Shown here: in pieces, positions 38,007 through 47,472 of the stretch
Numbering within the stretch: position 1 is the stretch's first letter
Layout of the letters: each line of letters starts with the position of its first letter
Assembly (NCBI GenBank): GCA_902521485.1
Contig: CABYRQ010000002.1
Coordinates: 6,659-70,658 of the forward strand
Length of the DNA: 64,000 nt
Source: an uncultured Alphaproteobacteria bacterium
Lineage (GTDB): Bacteria; Pseudomonadota; Alphaproteobacteria; HIMB59
Direction: 5' to 3'
Made by a program: the position numbers and the translations under genes
The notes under the pieces: generated by a model
Databases searched by the model: none
Seen by the model: the letters and a program-made list of their open reading frames with translations, nothing else
What the model was told of the DNA's origin: nothing

Positions 38007-38565
38007 TTTTTTTATTTTTTTTAAAATTAGTTTTACGATTAAGAGTGTTGCTAGTTAATAAAGCAATGACACCTAAGCCTGCGGTAAATATTACTATTGT
38101 TTCTCCCAAAGTATCAAAACCTCTATAACTTGCTAAAATATTAGTAACAACATTAGGTATATGAAAAAAATCTTTACTTTCCTTTAAGTACTCTGGAACT
38201 ACATGAAGATGTATTGGTGCATTAGGATCTCCTAATAAAGGGAGGTTTGCAATTATAATAATCAATATAAGTGATATCGCTACTGCAAGAATAATACTCG
38301 GAAATAAGTTTATTAATTTATTTTTTTTTCCTTCTGGTAATTTCGCAGCAGCCATTACCATTAAAATTGTTGATATACCAGAACCAACTGCAGCTTCAGT
38401 AAATGCTACATCAACCGCATCTAAATTCACATATATAGCTGAGCATAACAAAGTAAAAGCGCCTGTGAGTGCGACAACACTTATTAATGACGTGGTTTTA
38501 AAAATAAAAAAGGTTGTTACCAATAGAAGCGAAATTAAGAAAAAATTAATTAATAAAAAGTTCAT
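37996..38565 (-). CDS. MrpB-associated subunit (DUF4040, like the MrpA C-terminus)
   Basis: AVDVAFTEAAVG, NVVTNILASYRGFDTLGE. Confidence 0.88.
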   Translation of the reverse strand: MNFLLINFFLISLLLVTTFFIFKTTSLISVVALTGAFTLLCSAIYVNLDAVDVAFTEAAVGSGISTILMVMAAAKLPEGKKNKLINLFPSIILAVAISLILIIIIANLPLLGDPNAPIHLHVVPEYLKESKDFFHIPNVVTNILASYRGFDTLGETIVIFTAGLGVIALLTSNTLNRKTNFKKNKKNER

Positions 38566-38876
38566 TTTTTATTTTTTCCCTTTGGCTTATACCCCGACTC
38601 ATGTGCAAATAGAGCTATTGCATGGCCTGTTACAGGGCTAGTAAATATTAAAAATAAAGGTATTAATAAAAGTTTAAGACTTAATAAACTAAAACCAGAA
38701 TAAACTATCAAAGCTAAGACTATAAAACCTGATCCTAGAGTATCAATTAAACCAGCAGCATGAATTCGACTAAATACATCGGGTAACTTTATAAGGCCTA
38801 GACTACCAGATAAAATGAAGAAGCAGCCAATAGCTAATAAGACTAAAGAAACTAACTCGATATAATTATACGACAT
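38562..38876 (-). CDS. mrpG: Mrp subunit G
   Basis: LPDVFSRIHAAG...TSPVTGHAI. Confidence 0.92.
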   Translation of the reverse strand: MSYNYIELVSLVLLAIGCFFILSGSLGLIKLPDVFSRIHAAGLIDTLGSGFIVLALIVYSGFSLLSLKLLLIPLFLIFTSPVTGHAIALFAHESGYKPKGKNKK

Positions 38877-39135
38877 TACTTTTTTTTCTTTTTATTTTGT
38901 AATACCTAAGTATTGCAATGGTGCCTAAAAAATTCAAAAGTATATACATCAAAGAAATATCGACAAAATCAGGTCTATCGAATGCAAAACCATGAACACT
39001 GATACCTATGGCTATAATAGTTCCAATGCTTGATATAGATAATATTCTATCAAAAGGAGTTGGTCCTTTGATTGCTCGAACTAAACATAATGCTACAGAG
39101 ACGCCCAGAACAATTAAAGTTGCAAAAAAAATCAT
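38866..39135 (-). CDS. mrpF: Mrp subunit F
   Basis: GPTPFDRILS, DISLMYILLNFLGT. Confidence 0.92.
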   Translation of the reverse strand: MIFFATLIVLGVSVALCLVRAIKGPTPFDRILSISSIGTIIAIGISVHGFAFDRPDFVDISLMYILLNFLGTIAILRYYKIKRKKSNVV

Positions 39136-39626
39136 TTATCTAAATCCGTAATTACTTTGTTCATATCATCTGTTTGCAAGTCTTCTGATAGCTTCTTACT
39201 TAATGCGTGAACTAGAAATGTTTTTTTATCTACTTCTATTGTTACTGTACCCGGAGTAAGAGTTATAGCGTTTGCATAGTTTGCAATACCTGTTCTATTC
39301 TTCTGAGATGCTTTAACGCTTATTAGTTGTGGAGAGTATTTACCATTCCATATTAAAGCTGTTGTAGTAATTCCAGATTTAAAAATTTCTTTAAATAACC
39401 AAATCCAATAAAATGGTAATCTAAGAATAATTTTTAAAGGAAGAGAGTCTTCCTCGAGAGCTTTAGCTCTATAAGACATCCAAAAAACAAAAAGAACACT
39501 GACTAGTCCAAAAAAAAGTAAAAGCGATTTAAGGTAACCAGATAAAATAAACCAGAATACAAAAAGTATTATGAAATAAGTTATAAATGATAAGGTCTTA
39601 AGTGAATCTTTATTAAGTTTAGCCAC
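39132..39626 (-). CDS. mrpE: Mrp subunit E
   Basis: ANAITLTPGT, LVHAL; GTG start. Confidence 0.92.
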   Translation of the reverse strand: MAKLNKDSLKTLSFITYFIILFVFWFILSGYLKSLLLFFGLVSVLFVFWMSYRAKALEEDSLPLKIILRLPFYWIWLFKEIFKSGITTTALIWNGKYSPQLISVKASQKNRTGIANYANAITLTPGTVTIEVDKKTFLVHALSKKLSEDLQTDDMNKVITDLDK

Positions 39627-39635
39627 TAAAAGCTA

Positions 39636-40553
39636 TTATGAGAATAAATCACCCTCTGTAAATACTGCAGTATTCATGTCTTTAACAAATAATTTACCTT
39701 GGTCTGATTTAAATCTTGATACCTCAATAAATCCACCTTTAACTGCGATTCTGACGTTTTCAGCATTAATTGATATGATTTGACCTGGAAAATGCTCAGC
39801 ACTTTGCTCGTCAATAAACTTAGAGTCATAAAAGACATACTCATCACCCATGAATTCAGCCCATGCACCAGGCTGAGGGTTGCAACCCCTTATTAAATTA
39901 TAAATTTCGTTTCCGGGTTTTTTCCAATCAATTCTTGCATCACTTTTTTTACACCAAGACTCATATGTTGCTTTAGAGTCATCTTGAGGTGTCTTTGGTG
40001 CATTACCAGACTCAATTAAATTTGCAGCTTCAACACATGCTTCAAGACCTAATGGAAATATCTTTTTAAAATAAACATCTCCTAAAGTATCATCAGGACC
40101 AATATCAACTTCTTTTTGAAGTAATATTTCACCCTCATCTAGCCCATCATTTGGATAAAAAATTGAAAGACCTGTTTTTGTGGAGCCACCAATTATAGGC
40201 CAGTTTATTGAACTTGGCCCTCTATGGAGTGGAAGTAGTGAGGGGTGAAAACAAATAGATCCATGAGTGGGAATATCTCTCGCTCCTTCAGGCACAAAAA
40301 TTATTACATAAGCCATGACACATAAATCCGCACCATGAGACTTAATTTGGTCTAGTACCTCTTGGTCTTTAAAATTTGAGGGTTGGTAAACAGGCAAACT
40401 AACACTTTGAGCGTATTCTTTAACAGGATCGACTGGTTTACCCTCTTTGTCAGGTGCACAATATACTGCTACTACTTCATGGTCTGTTTCTGTATGAAAT
40501 TTTTCTAAAGCACTTTTTCCAAATGCCTGTTGCCCCATTAAAATTATTTTCAT
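39636..40553 (-). CDS. Formyltransferase/hydrolase family protein (Fmt-like, resembling the ALDH1L1 N-terminal domain)
   Basis: MGQQAFG, FHPSLLPLHRGPSSINW, GLDEGEILLQKE, IRGCNPQPGAW; follows frc; AGGAG RBS. Confidence 0.82.
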   Translation of the reverse strand: MKIILMGQQAFGKSALEKFHTETDHEVVAVYCAPDKEGKPVDPVKEYAQSVSLPVYQPSNFKDQEVLDQIKSHGADLCVMAYVIIFVPEGARDIPTHGSICFHPSLLPLHRGPSSINWPIIGGSTKTGLSIFYPNDGLDEGEILLQKEVDIGPDDTLGDVYFKKIFPLGLEACVEAANLIESGNAPKTPQDDSKATYESWCKKSDARIDWKKPGNEIYNLIRGCNPQPGAWAEFMGDEYVFYDSKFIDEQSAEHFPGQIISINAENVRIAVKGGFIEVSRFKSDQGKLFVKDMNTAVFTEGDLFS

Positions 40554-40579
40554 TATTGCTCCTTAAATTAAAATATATC

Positions 40580-41827
40580 TTATACTGCTCCGGCCTCTCT
40601 TACAGCTTTAATTTCATCGTCACTCATCTGACAAAATTCTTTTAATATCTCATCAGTATGCTCTCCGAGAAGTGGAGATCTTTCAACTTTTGCTGGGGAG
40701 TCAGATAACTTAATCGGATTACCAACAGTCAAATATTTCCCTCGTTCAGGGTGATCGACTTCAACTATAGTATTAGTGTCTCTCAGACCTTGATCTTCAG
40801 CTAATTCTTTTAGAGATAATATTGGACCAACTGGTATATCTAAAGGGTTACATATATCCATTACCTCAAATTTAGTCTTGGTCATTGTCCATGACTCAAT
40901 TGTATCAAATATTTCGTTTAACCTTGGTAGTCTTTTAGCAGGAGTTGAGTAATTTTCATCCTCTTTCCATTCGGGTTTACCAATAACATCACATACTTTT
41001 TCCCAAACAGCCGCCTGGGTAATAAAATATGTATATGCATTAGGATCCTTTTCCCAACCTTTACATTTTAGAATTCTTCCTGGCTGACCACCACCTGAAT
41101 CGTTACCTGCGCGAGGCGTAGAGTCACCAAAAGGAATGTCTTCTCCGAATTGAGAGTATTCTTTTAAAGGCCCTCTTGAAAGTCTCTGTTGGTCACGAAG
41201 TTTAACTCTGCAAAGATTTAAAACTCCATCTTGCATTGCGGCAGATACTCTTTGTCCCTTTCCTGACTTTTCTCTATGGAATAAAGCAGTAACTATACCC
41301 AATGCTAAATGTAGTCCTGTTCCACTATCTCCTATTTGTGCACCGGTGACTAAAGGAACTTCTCCAAGCATACCTGTTGTTGAAGCAGATCCACCTGCGC
41401 ACTGAGCAACATTCTCATAAACTTTACAATCTTCATATTTGCCAGGACCAAAACCTTTAACAGACGCATAAATCATTCTTGGATTTATTTCTTGAATTTT
41501 TTCCCATGAAAAGCCCATTCTATCTAAAGCACCAGGAGCAAAATTTTCTACCATGACATCACACTCTTGGATTAACTTTGTAAATATTTTTGAACCCTCT
41601 GGTTTCTTTGGGTTTAATGTTATGCTTCTTTTATTTGAGTTTAGCATTGTAAAGTACAAACTGTCTGCATCAGGAACGTCTCTTAGCTGACCTCTTGTAG
41701 CATCACCCACTCCTGGTCTTTCAACTTTTACGACATCTGCACCAAACCAAGCTAGTAATTGTGTGCAAGTTGGTCCGGACTGGACGTGCGTCATGTCTAA
41801 TATTTTGACACCTTTTAAAGCTTCCAT
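40580..41827 (-). CDS. frc: Formyl-CoA:oxalate CoA-transferase
   Basis: [23 protein letters not shown], catalytic Asp in GDSGTG, glycine loop [10 protein letters not shown]. Confidence 0.92.
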   Translation of the reverse strand: MEALKGVKILDMTHVQSGPTCTQLLAWFGADVVKVERPGVGDATRGQLRDVPDADSLYFTMLNSNKRSITLNPKKPEGSKIFTKLIQECDVMVENFAPGALDRMGFSWEKIQEINPRMIYASVKGFGPGKYEDCKVYENVAQCAGGSASTTGMLGEVPLVTGAQIGDSGTGLHLALGIVTALFHREKSGKGQRVSAAMQDGVLNLCRVKLRDQQRLSRGPLKEYSQFGEDIPFGDSTPRAGNDSGGGQPGRILKCKGWEKDPNAYTYFITQAAVWEKVCDVIGKPEWKEDENYSTPAKRLPRLNEIFDTIESWTMTKTKFEVMDICNPLDIPVGPILSLKELAEDQGLRDTNTIVEVDHPERGKYLTVGNPIKLSDSPAKVERSPLLGEHTDEILKEFCQMSDDEIKAVREAGAV

Positions 41828-41843
41828 AGTTTCCTCCTAAAGT

Positions 41844-43520
41844 TTATTTGTACATAGTCTGGTTTTTTGTACCAGGAGCAAATTCTTCTTTATCCACCCA
41901 AATATTTACGATTGCAGGTATACCTGACTTTACGGCTTCTCTAGCTCTTTGAAGGGCAGGTTGGATTTCTTTTGCTTCTCTAACAGCTTCGCCATGACCA
42001 CCAAAGATTTTTGCAAACTCATCAAAGTTAACATCACCCAAGATGTTTCCAACATTTCCTTTATCTTCACCATACTTCATAATTTGACCAAATCTGATCT
42101 GGTTTTGAGCAGAGTTATTACCTATAACTGTTAAAACAGGTGCTTTGTGTCTGACAAAAGCCTCGAAGTCCATTCCGGTCATCGAAAAAGCACCATCACC
42201 ACAATATAAAAGAATTTCTTTTTCAGGTGCAGCTAATTTGGCTGCAAGCGCGTATGGTACTCCGACACCTAAAGTTCCAAGTGGACCTGGGTCCATCCAA
42301 GCACCAGGCATTCTAGGTTGAACTGCTTGAGCACTTATGGTTACAACGTCTCCTCCATCACCTATGTATATAGTATCATCATTTAAAAACTGGTTGAGTT
42401 CCCAAGCTACTCTATAAGGACTAATAGGAGATTTATCTGTTGTAAATGTAGGCATCAATTTTTCTAAAGCTGCCTCTTCTCCAGATCGAAGTTCATTAAA
42501 CCAATCTGATCGATCTTTTTTTGTTCCTGCTTCAGAGATAGCCTTTAGAGTTGTTCCTATATGTCCAACTAAACCAAGTGATATATCTCTATTTTTTCCA
42601 ACAGTTCTATAGTCCATATCAATTTGAATAACAGTTGCGTTAGGATTTAATCTTTTACCGTAACCCATTCTAAAATCAAAAGGTGTTCCAACAATTATAA
42701 TACAATCTGACTTGGTAAAGGCATTTCTTCTTGTTCTGTGAAAGTGATGTGGGTCTCCAGGAGGCATTGAACCTCTTGCAGCACCATTTAAATAAGCAGG
42801 GATATTCATATTTTTAACAAAGTCGATTGCATCTTTCGTAGATTGGCAAGTCCAAACCTGTTGACCTAAAAGTATGCATGGTCTCTCTGCATTTGAAATT
42901 ATGTCTGCAGCTTTTTGAACATCTACTGGGTCTGCTAATGTTTTTGATGAGGCACTATATTTTCCAGCTTCTGGTAAGACGGCTTTGCTCATAGGAATTG
43001 AAGAGTCAAGTATGTCTCTTGGAATTTCTAAAAATGATGGGCCAAAAGATCCATTTCTGGTTTCCCTAAAAGCCATTGATACCATGTCTGCACATCTCTC
43101 GGTTGACATTACAGTTGCTGCAAATTTTGTAATTGGTTGCATCATGTCTACGTGAGGTAAATCTTGTAAAGATCCCATTTTGTGTTGTGTGAGTGAACTT
43201 TGTCCTCCTATTAAAAGCATTGGGATTTCAGCTCTAAAAGCATTTGCTACTCCTGTTAATGCATGTGTCGTGCCTGGTCCAGCGGTTACAACTGCACACC
43301 CAGGTTTACCTGTCATTCTTGCATAACCATCAGCTGCATGAGAGGCAACTTCTTCATGACGTACGTCAATAATTTTAATTCCTTCATTTAGACATCCATT
43401 GTAAATATCAATAATGTGTCCCCCACATAAAGTGTAAATAACCTCAACTCCCTCTGCTTTAAGGGCTTTAGCAACCAGCTCCCCACCAGTTATCATTTGT
43501 TCGTTAGATCCTGTAGACAT
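41844..43520 (-). CDS. ThDP-dependent enzyme: non-canonical oxalyl-CoA decarboxylase or 2-hydroxyacyl-CoA lyase
   Basis: TLCGGHI, RHEE, TAGPG, MDPGPLGTLGVG, GDGAF...GNN ThDP motif; directly upstream of frc. Confidence 0.8.
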   Translation of the reverse strand: MSTGSNEQMITGGELVAKALKAEGVEVIYTLCGGHIIDIYNGCLNEGIKIIDVRHEEVASHAADGYARMTGKPGCAVVTAGPGTTHALTGVANAFRAEIPMLLIGGQSSLTQHKMGSLQDLPHVDMMQPITKFAATVMSTERCADMVSMAFRETRNGSFGPSFLEIPRDILDSSIPMSKAVLPEAGKYSASSKTLADPVDVQKAADIISNAERPCILLGQQVWTCQSTKDAIDFVKNMNIPAYLNGAARGSMPPGDPHHFHRTRRNAFTKSDCIIIVGTPFDFRMGYGKRLNPNATVIQIDMDYRTVGKNRDISLGLVGHIGTTLKAISEAGTKKDRSDWFNELRSGEEAALEKLMPTFTTDKSPISPYRVAWELNQFLNDDTIYIGDGGDVVTISAQAVQPRMPGAWMDPGPLGTLGVGVPYALAAKLAAPEKEILLYCGDGAFSMTGMDFEAFVRHKAPVLTVIGNNSAQNQIRFGQIMKYGEDKGNVGNILGDVNFDEFAKIFGGHGEAVREAKEIQPALQRAREAVKSGIPAIVNIWVDKEEFAPGTKNQTMYK

Positions 43521-43537
43521 TTTTAACCTCTCCCTGG

Positions 43538-43554
43538 TGGTATAATGTATACCA
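43538..43554. promoter_or_regulatory. GntR-type operator candidate 1
   Basis: Perfect inverted repeat TGGTATA-ATG-TATACCA; 13-bp core repeated at 47475-47487. Confidence 0.75.
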
Positions 43555-43572
43555 GATTGAGAGGTCTTGCAA
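43544..43572 (-). promoter_or_regulatory. Putative sigma70 promoter for the ThDP enzyme-frc-formyltransferase genes
   Basis: Minus strand TTGCAA-17 nt-TACATT; the -10 lies inside the operator. Confidence 0.55.
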
Positions 43573-43583
43573 AGAATTTTGCC

Positions 43584-44243
43584 TTATGAATTAATGCTTT
43601 CTTGTATCTTATCAACTAAAGTAAGTGCGTGATTTTTAAGAAGTTTTTCTGCTTTTGATCCTTGGCCTGCGACAAGAGATCTAACAATGTCATTGTGTTC
43701 ATCAATAGATTTTACAGCTCTATGTGACTCTATTACAAATTTTTTCCTCAAGTATTGTAAATGAATTAACTGTGACTCTAAAATTTCTCCCATTAATTTT
43801 ACTTTAGTTAATTTCATAATTTGATTATGAAATTTAATATTATCATTTGAGTAGTTATCAAGTTCAGACAAGACGTTCTCTTTTGAGTAATGACAATACT
43901 TATTTAAACTTTCAATCTCATCTTTAGTAGAATTAGCAATAATTAAATGAGCTGCATAACCCTCTAGACCTGCCCACACAGTTACAATATCAATCAATTC
44001 TTTTTTTGATTTTCTGTGCACAAATACACCTCTTCTTGGAACTGTTTTAACAATTCCCTCTTGCTCTAATTTAGCAACAGCTTCTCGAATAGGTGTCCGA
44101 CTAACTCCTAGCTTTTCGGACAATTGTCTTTCATCTAGATGAAAATCACTTTGTTTTAAATATATATTAAGTGACAAAATATATTTTTTTAGTGAATCGT
44201 ATACCTTACCTTTTAGGTTTACCGGTCCTATTTTTTGGATCAT
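43584..44243 (-). CDS. GntR/FadR-family regulator (FCD domain)
   Basis: ERQLSEKLGVSRTPIREA wHTH, FHNQI, EHNDI. Confidence 0.92.
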   Translation of the reverse strand: MIQKIGPVNLKGKVYDSLKKYILSLNIYLKQSDFHLDERQLSEKLGVSRTPIREAVAKLEQEGIVKTVPRRGVFVHRKSKKELIDIVTVWAGLEGYAAHLIIANSTKDEIESLNKYCHYSKENVLSELDNYSNDNIKFHNQIMKLTKVKLMGEILESQLIHLQYLRKKFVIESHRAVKSIDEHNDIVRSLVAGQGSKAEKLLKNHALTLVDKIQESINS

Positions 44244-45767
44244 TTATGTAGTCTGTTTTTTTTTAATATATTTTCTGTAAAGAGGGCCAAATGCTGGCAT
44301 AATTAAAAGTACAATTGCAATATACATTATGATTGCAGCAATAGGTTTTTCTGCCATATCAAAAAATATTCCCATACTACCATCAGATAAAATTAGAGAC
44401 TGTCTTAAAGCTTTTTCAGCCAATGGGCCAAGAACAATAGATAAAACAGCTGGTGCCACAGGGTAATCTAATTTTCTCAAAATGTATCCGGCAAAACCGA
44501 ATAGCAACATTAACCATACGTCGTGAAGGCTTTGTGTAGGTGCATAACCGCCTGTTACACAAAGAACGAAAATAACTGGGGCCAAGATGGCAAATGGTAT
44601 CCTTAATACCATTAAAAAAGCTGGAATTAACGCAATATTCAAAACCAGTGTAAAGAAGTTAGCAATGTAAAGACTACCAATTAAGCCCCAAACAAATTCT
44701 GGTTCTTGAGTAAATAAAAGAGGACCTGGTGTAAGTCCCCATAAAATCATGCCACCAAGTAAAATAGCAGTTGTAGGTGATCCTGGAATACCCAATGTTA
44801 ACATAGGGAGCATACTTCCAGTACTAGCAGAATTATTTGCACATTCCGGAGCAACAACTCCAGCAGGAACACCTGAACCAAATTCTTTTGAATTTTTTGA
44901 TAATTGTTTTGTAATTCCATATGACATAAGTGATGCCGGTGTGGCACCTGCCGCAGGGAGAATTCCCACAAAGAAACCTAGAAAAGAACCAATGTTCATT
45001 GCCATTATAGTTTTTTTAAGAGCGCCAAATGCTCTTCCAACTTCCTTCATGTTGACTGATAATTTTGACATTTGAACTTTACCTTTTGTTTCTTCAAGGG
45101 TCCAAAGCATCTCTCCAATTCCATAAATTCCGATAGCAAGTACAAGGAAATTAATTCCATGAAGAAATCCAGGGATATTAAAGAAAATTAATCTTGGTTT
45201 TCCTGTAATTAGATCTAAGCCTATAGTTGATAAAGCTAATCCAATTAATATAGAAAAAATAGTTTTTGGAACGTCATCTCCACCTAAGCCTACAAATGTT
45301 GCAAAGGCCATTACCATTAATGCAAAGGTTTCAGGCGCATTAAATCTTAGTGCTACCTCAGCCAGAGGTGGTGCAAATAAAGTAAATAAAATAACAGATA
45401 CAGTTCCACCAACGAAGGAACCTACTGCTGCTGCAGTTAAAGCTGTCATAGCTTCTCCCTTAACAGCTAAGGGTCTTCCATCAAAAACTGTAGCTACTGC
45501 AGTAGAAGCTCCAGGTATGCCTAGCATAACGGAGCTTATGGCACCTCCATACATAGCACCGTAATAGACAGCTGCTAAAAATATTATTGCTGCAGTGGGT
45601 GGTATAATAAATGTAATTGGAATAAGTATTGCAACACCATTAACTGAACCAAGACCAGGCATTGCACCCACAAATAAACCAATTAGACAGCCAAATATTA
45701 AAAGACCAAGGTTTAAGGGTTCAAAGGATACAAAAATTCCCTCTAAAAGAAGTATAAATACATCCAT
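44244..45767 (-). CDS. tctA: Tripartite tricarboxylate transporter large permease
   Basis: GAMPGLG, YGAMYGGAISSVMLGIPG, PECANNS, LTLGIPGS. Confidence 0.93.
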   Translation of the reverse strand: MDVFILLLEGIFVSFEPLNLGLLIFGCLIGLFVGAMPGLGSVNGVAILIPITFIIPPTAAIIFLAAVYYGAMYGGAISSVMLGIPGASTAVATVFDGRPLAVKGEAMTALTAAAVGSFVGGTVSVILFTLFAPPLAEVALRFNAPETFALMVMAFATFVGLGGDDVPKTIFSILIGLALSTIGLDLITGKPRLIFFNIPGFLHGINFLVLAIGIYGIGEMLWTLEETKGKVQMSKLSVNMKEVGRAFGALKKTIMAMNIGSFLGFFVGILPAAGATPASLMSYGITKQLSKNSKEFGSGVPAGVVAPECANNSASTGSMLPMLTLGIPGSPTTAILLGGMILWGLTPGPLLFTQEPEFVWGLIGSLYIANFFTLVLNIALIPAFLMVLRIPFAILAPVIFVLCVTGGYAPTQSLHDVWLMLLFGFAGYILRKLDYPVAPAVLSIVLGPLAEKALRQSLILSDGSMGIFFDMAEKPIAAIIMYIAIVLLIMPAFGPLYRKYIKKKQTT

Positions 45768-45798
45768 CTTTTTTTATGTCTTTACTTTACCAATCTCA

Positions 45799-46323
45799 TT
45801 ATGAATACATAAAATCGTATACTGGATAAAATAAGGGCTCTGAAATACCTTGAGGTAAAGGTATTTTTAAAAGCCATTCAAAAAATAAAAAAGTTAAAAC
45901 TGGTGTGATTAAAGAGAATACAGATATAAATAGGATACTTTTAGAACTAAAATATCTAAGATAAAAAGCTAAAAAAAAGATAAGTGAAAAGTAAATTCCC
46001 AAATAGCCTATTGCTAAAACTAAAATAACTAATGAAATAATTGTTACTGCAATATATTTGAATGCTTCAGCCTCAATAAAAGGCGAGTCATCTTTAGATT
46101 GTGGTGACCTTTTTAGAACGAATTTAATTATGGTAAGGACAGTACAAATAAGCATGCCAAGAGAAAGGTAAAAAGGAAGAAATCCCGCACCCATGTTTTC
46201 TTCTGCGTTCCATGTAATTCTATTCTCAGCACTTTTAATCATCAGAGCGATTGAGCATAACGCTAAAATAACGGCCACTGCAATTTCTGCTCTTTTGACA
46301 GTTATTTTGTTTGTTACGCTCAT
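45799..46323 (-). CDS. tctB: TTT small permease
   Basis: Four to five TM segments, GAGFLP, FEWLLKIPLPQG; between tctC and tctA. Confidence 0.87.
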   Translation of the reverse strand: MSVTNKITVKRAEIAVAVILALCSIALMIKSAENRITWNAEENMGAGFLPFYLSLGMLICTVLTIIKFVLKRSPQSKDDSPFIEAEAFKYIAVTIISLVILVLAIGYLGIYFSLIFFLAFYLRYFSSKSILFISVFSLITPVLTFLFFEWLLKIPLPQGISEPLFYPVYDFMYS

Positions 46324-46342
46324 ATCACTCTTAATTTAAATA

Positions 46343-47320
46343 TTAGTTAAAGTTTTTAATGATCTCACCGTGCTTAGCATATTCGATTGCTAAGAAATCT
46401 TTAAGACCAAAACCCTCTAACCAGCTCATTAACTTTCCATCGTCGATGTTGAAAGTTTGGAACTCGTTATCATGATAAACAGTGTGAAGAAGTCCTGTGT
46501 AGTACTTCTCTACCTCTGCATCAATACCAGCTGGAGCCATAAATGCTCTCATCATATAGTATTCAAGATCAGGATAACCTAATTCATATGAAGATGGTAC
46601 ATCTGGGAAAGCAGGATTTCTCTCAGGAGTCATCATAACTAATGCTTTTGAGTCACCTGATTGATAGAATCCCATCTGCTCAGAAGGGTTGTTTAATGTG
46701 AAATCTGACTCGCCGCCAACTAGACCTTTTGCAACAGCACCACCACCGTCATATGGTACGTACTTTGCATCAAATCCAAACTGACCTCTCATCATACCAA
46801 GAAGTAATTCGTCTTCTGACATACTTCCTGTACCACCCATTACTAGACCATTGCCTTTAGCAAGTGCGATGAAGTCATCAAATGTTTCTACACCTTGAGT
46901 ATTTTTACCTTCAGTTGCAATCCATACTAAGAATGTATCTGTAATAAGTCTTGCTAATGGTGTGAAGTCATTAAAGAAGTCAATTCCTAACTCAGGCTGG
47001 TTAACAGGTGTAGTTAGAACATTGTTAAGAGTAATGATAAGTGTGTGCTCATCACCAGCTTTTTTCTTAACATAAGTCATAGCTTCACCACCAGAACCAC
47101 CTTTTTTATTAATTGGAATCACTGGCTTAGATGCGTAATCGTTTTTCTCGATAACACCTTGAACTAATCTAGCAATTTCGTCAGCTCCACCACCTTGACC
47201 AGCTGGGATAATAAGCTCAATAGGCTTCTTCGGACTAAAAGGCTTCGCAGAAGACACTGAACTAACAGCGACAAGTGAAAGTGAAACAATAACTAATGCT
47301 AATTTTTTGATTATTGACAT
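46343..47320 (-). CDS. tctC: TTT periplasmic binding protein (Bug/TctC)
   Basis: Signal peptide, PIELIIPAGQGGGAD, NKKGGSG, VPYDGGG, PDVPS; AGGAGG RBS. Confidence 0.9.
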   Translation of the reverse strand: MSIIKKLALVIVSLSLVAVSSVSSAKPFSPKKPIELIIPAGQGGGADEIARLVQGVIEKNDYASKPVIPINKKGGSGGEAMTYVKKKAGDEHTLIITLNNVLTTPVNQPELGIDFFNDFTPLARLITDTFLVWIATEGKNTQGVETFDDFIALAKGNGLVMGGTGSMSEDELLLGMMRGQFGFDAKYVPYDGGGAVAKGLVGGESDFTLNNPSEQMGFYQSGDSKALVMMTPERNPAFPDVPSSYELGYPDLEYYMMRAFMAPAGIDAEVEKYYTGLLHTVYHDNEFQTFNIDDGKLMSWLEGFGLKDFLAIEYAKHGEIIKNFN

Positions 47321-47472
47321 ATTGTTTCCTCCTATAGGTTAAGCAGTACAATAAACTATTTAAGAGAATATTAAAAATATATTCTTAATTTAGGATTTAA
47401 TTTAAAATTAGAAAAAAACCTTGTTTTAGTATTGATTTTCCTAACTTTTACAACAGTGATTGTGTTATTTAA

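Noticed and set aside
39636-40553. Annotation as housekeeping methionyl-tRNA formyltransferase (fmt)
   Set aside because: No def neighbour, atypical N-terminal motif, closer resemblance to the ALDH1L1 N-domain, and located in the frc operon
41844-43520. Annotation as acetolactate synthase large subunit
   Set aside because: No ilvH/ilvC neighbours, lacks the GYPGG-type AHAS start, and lies next to frc
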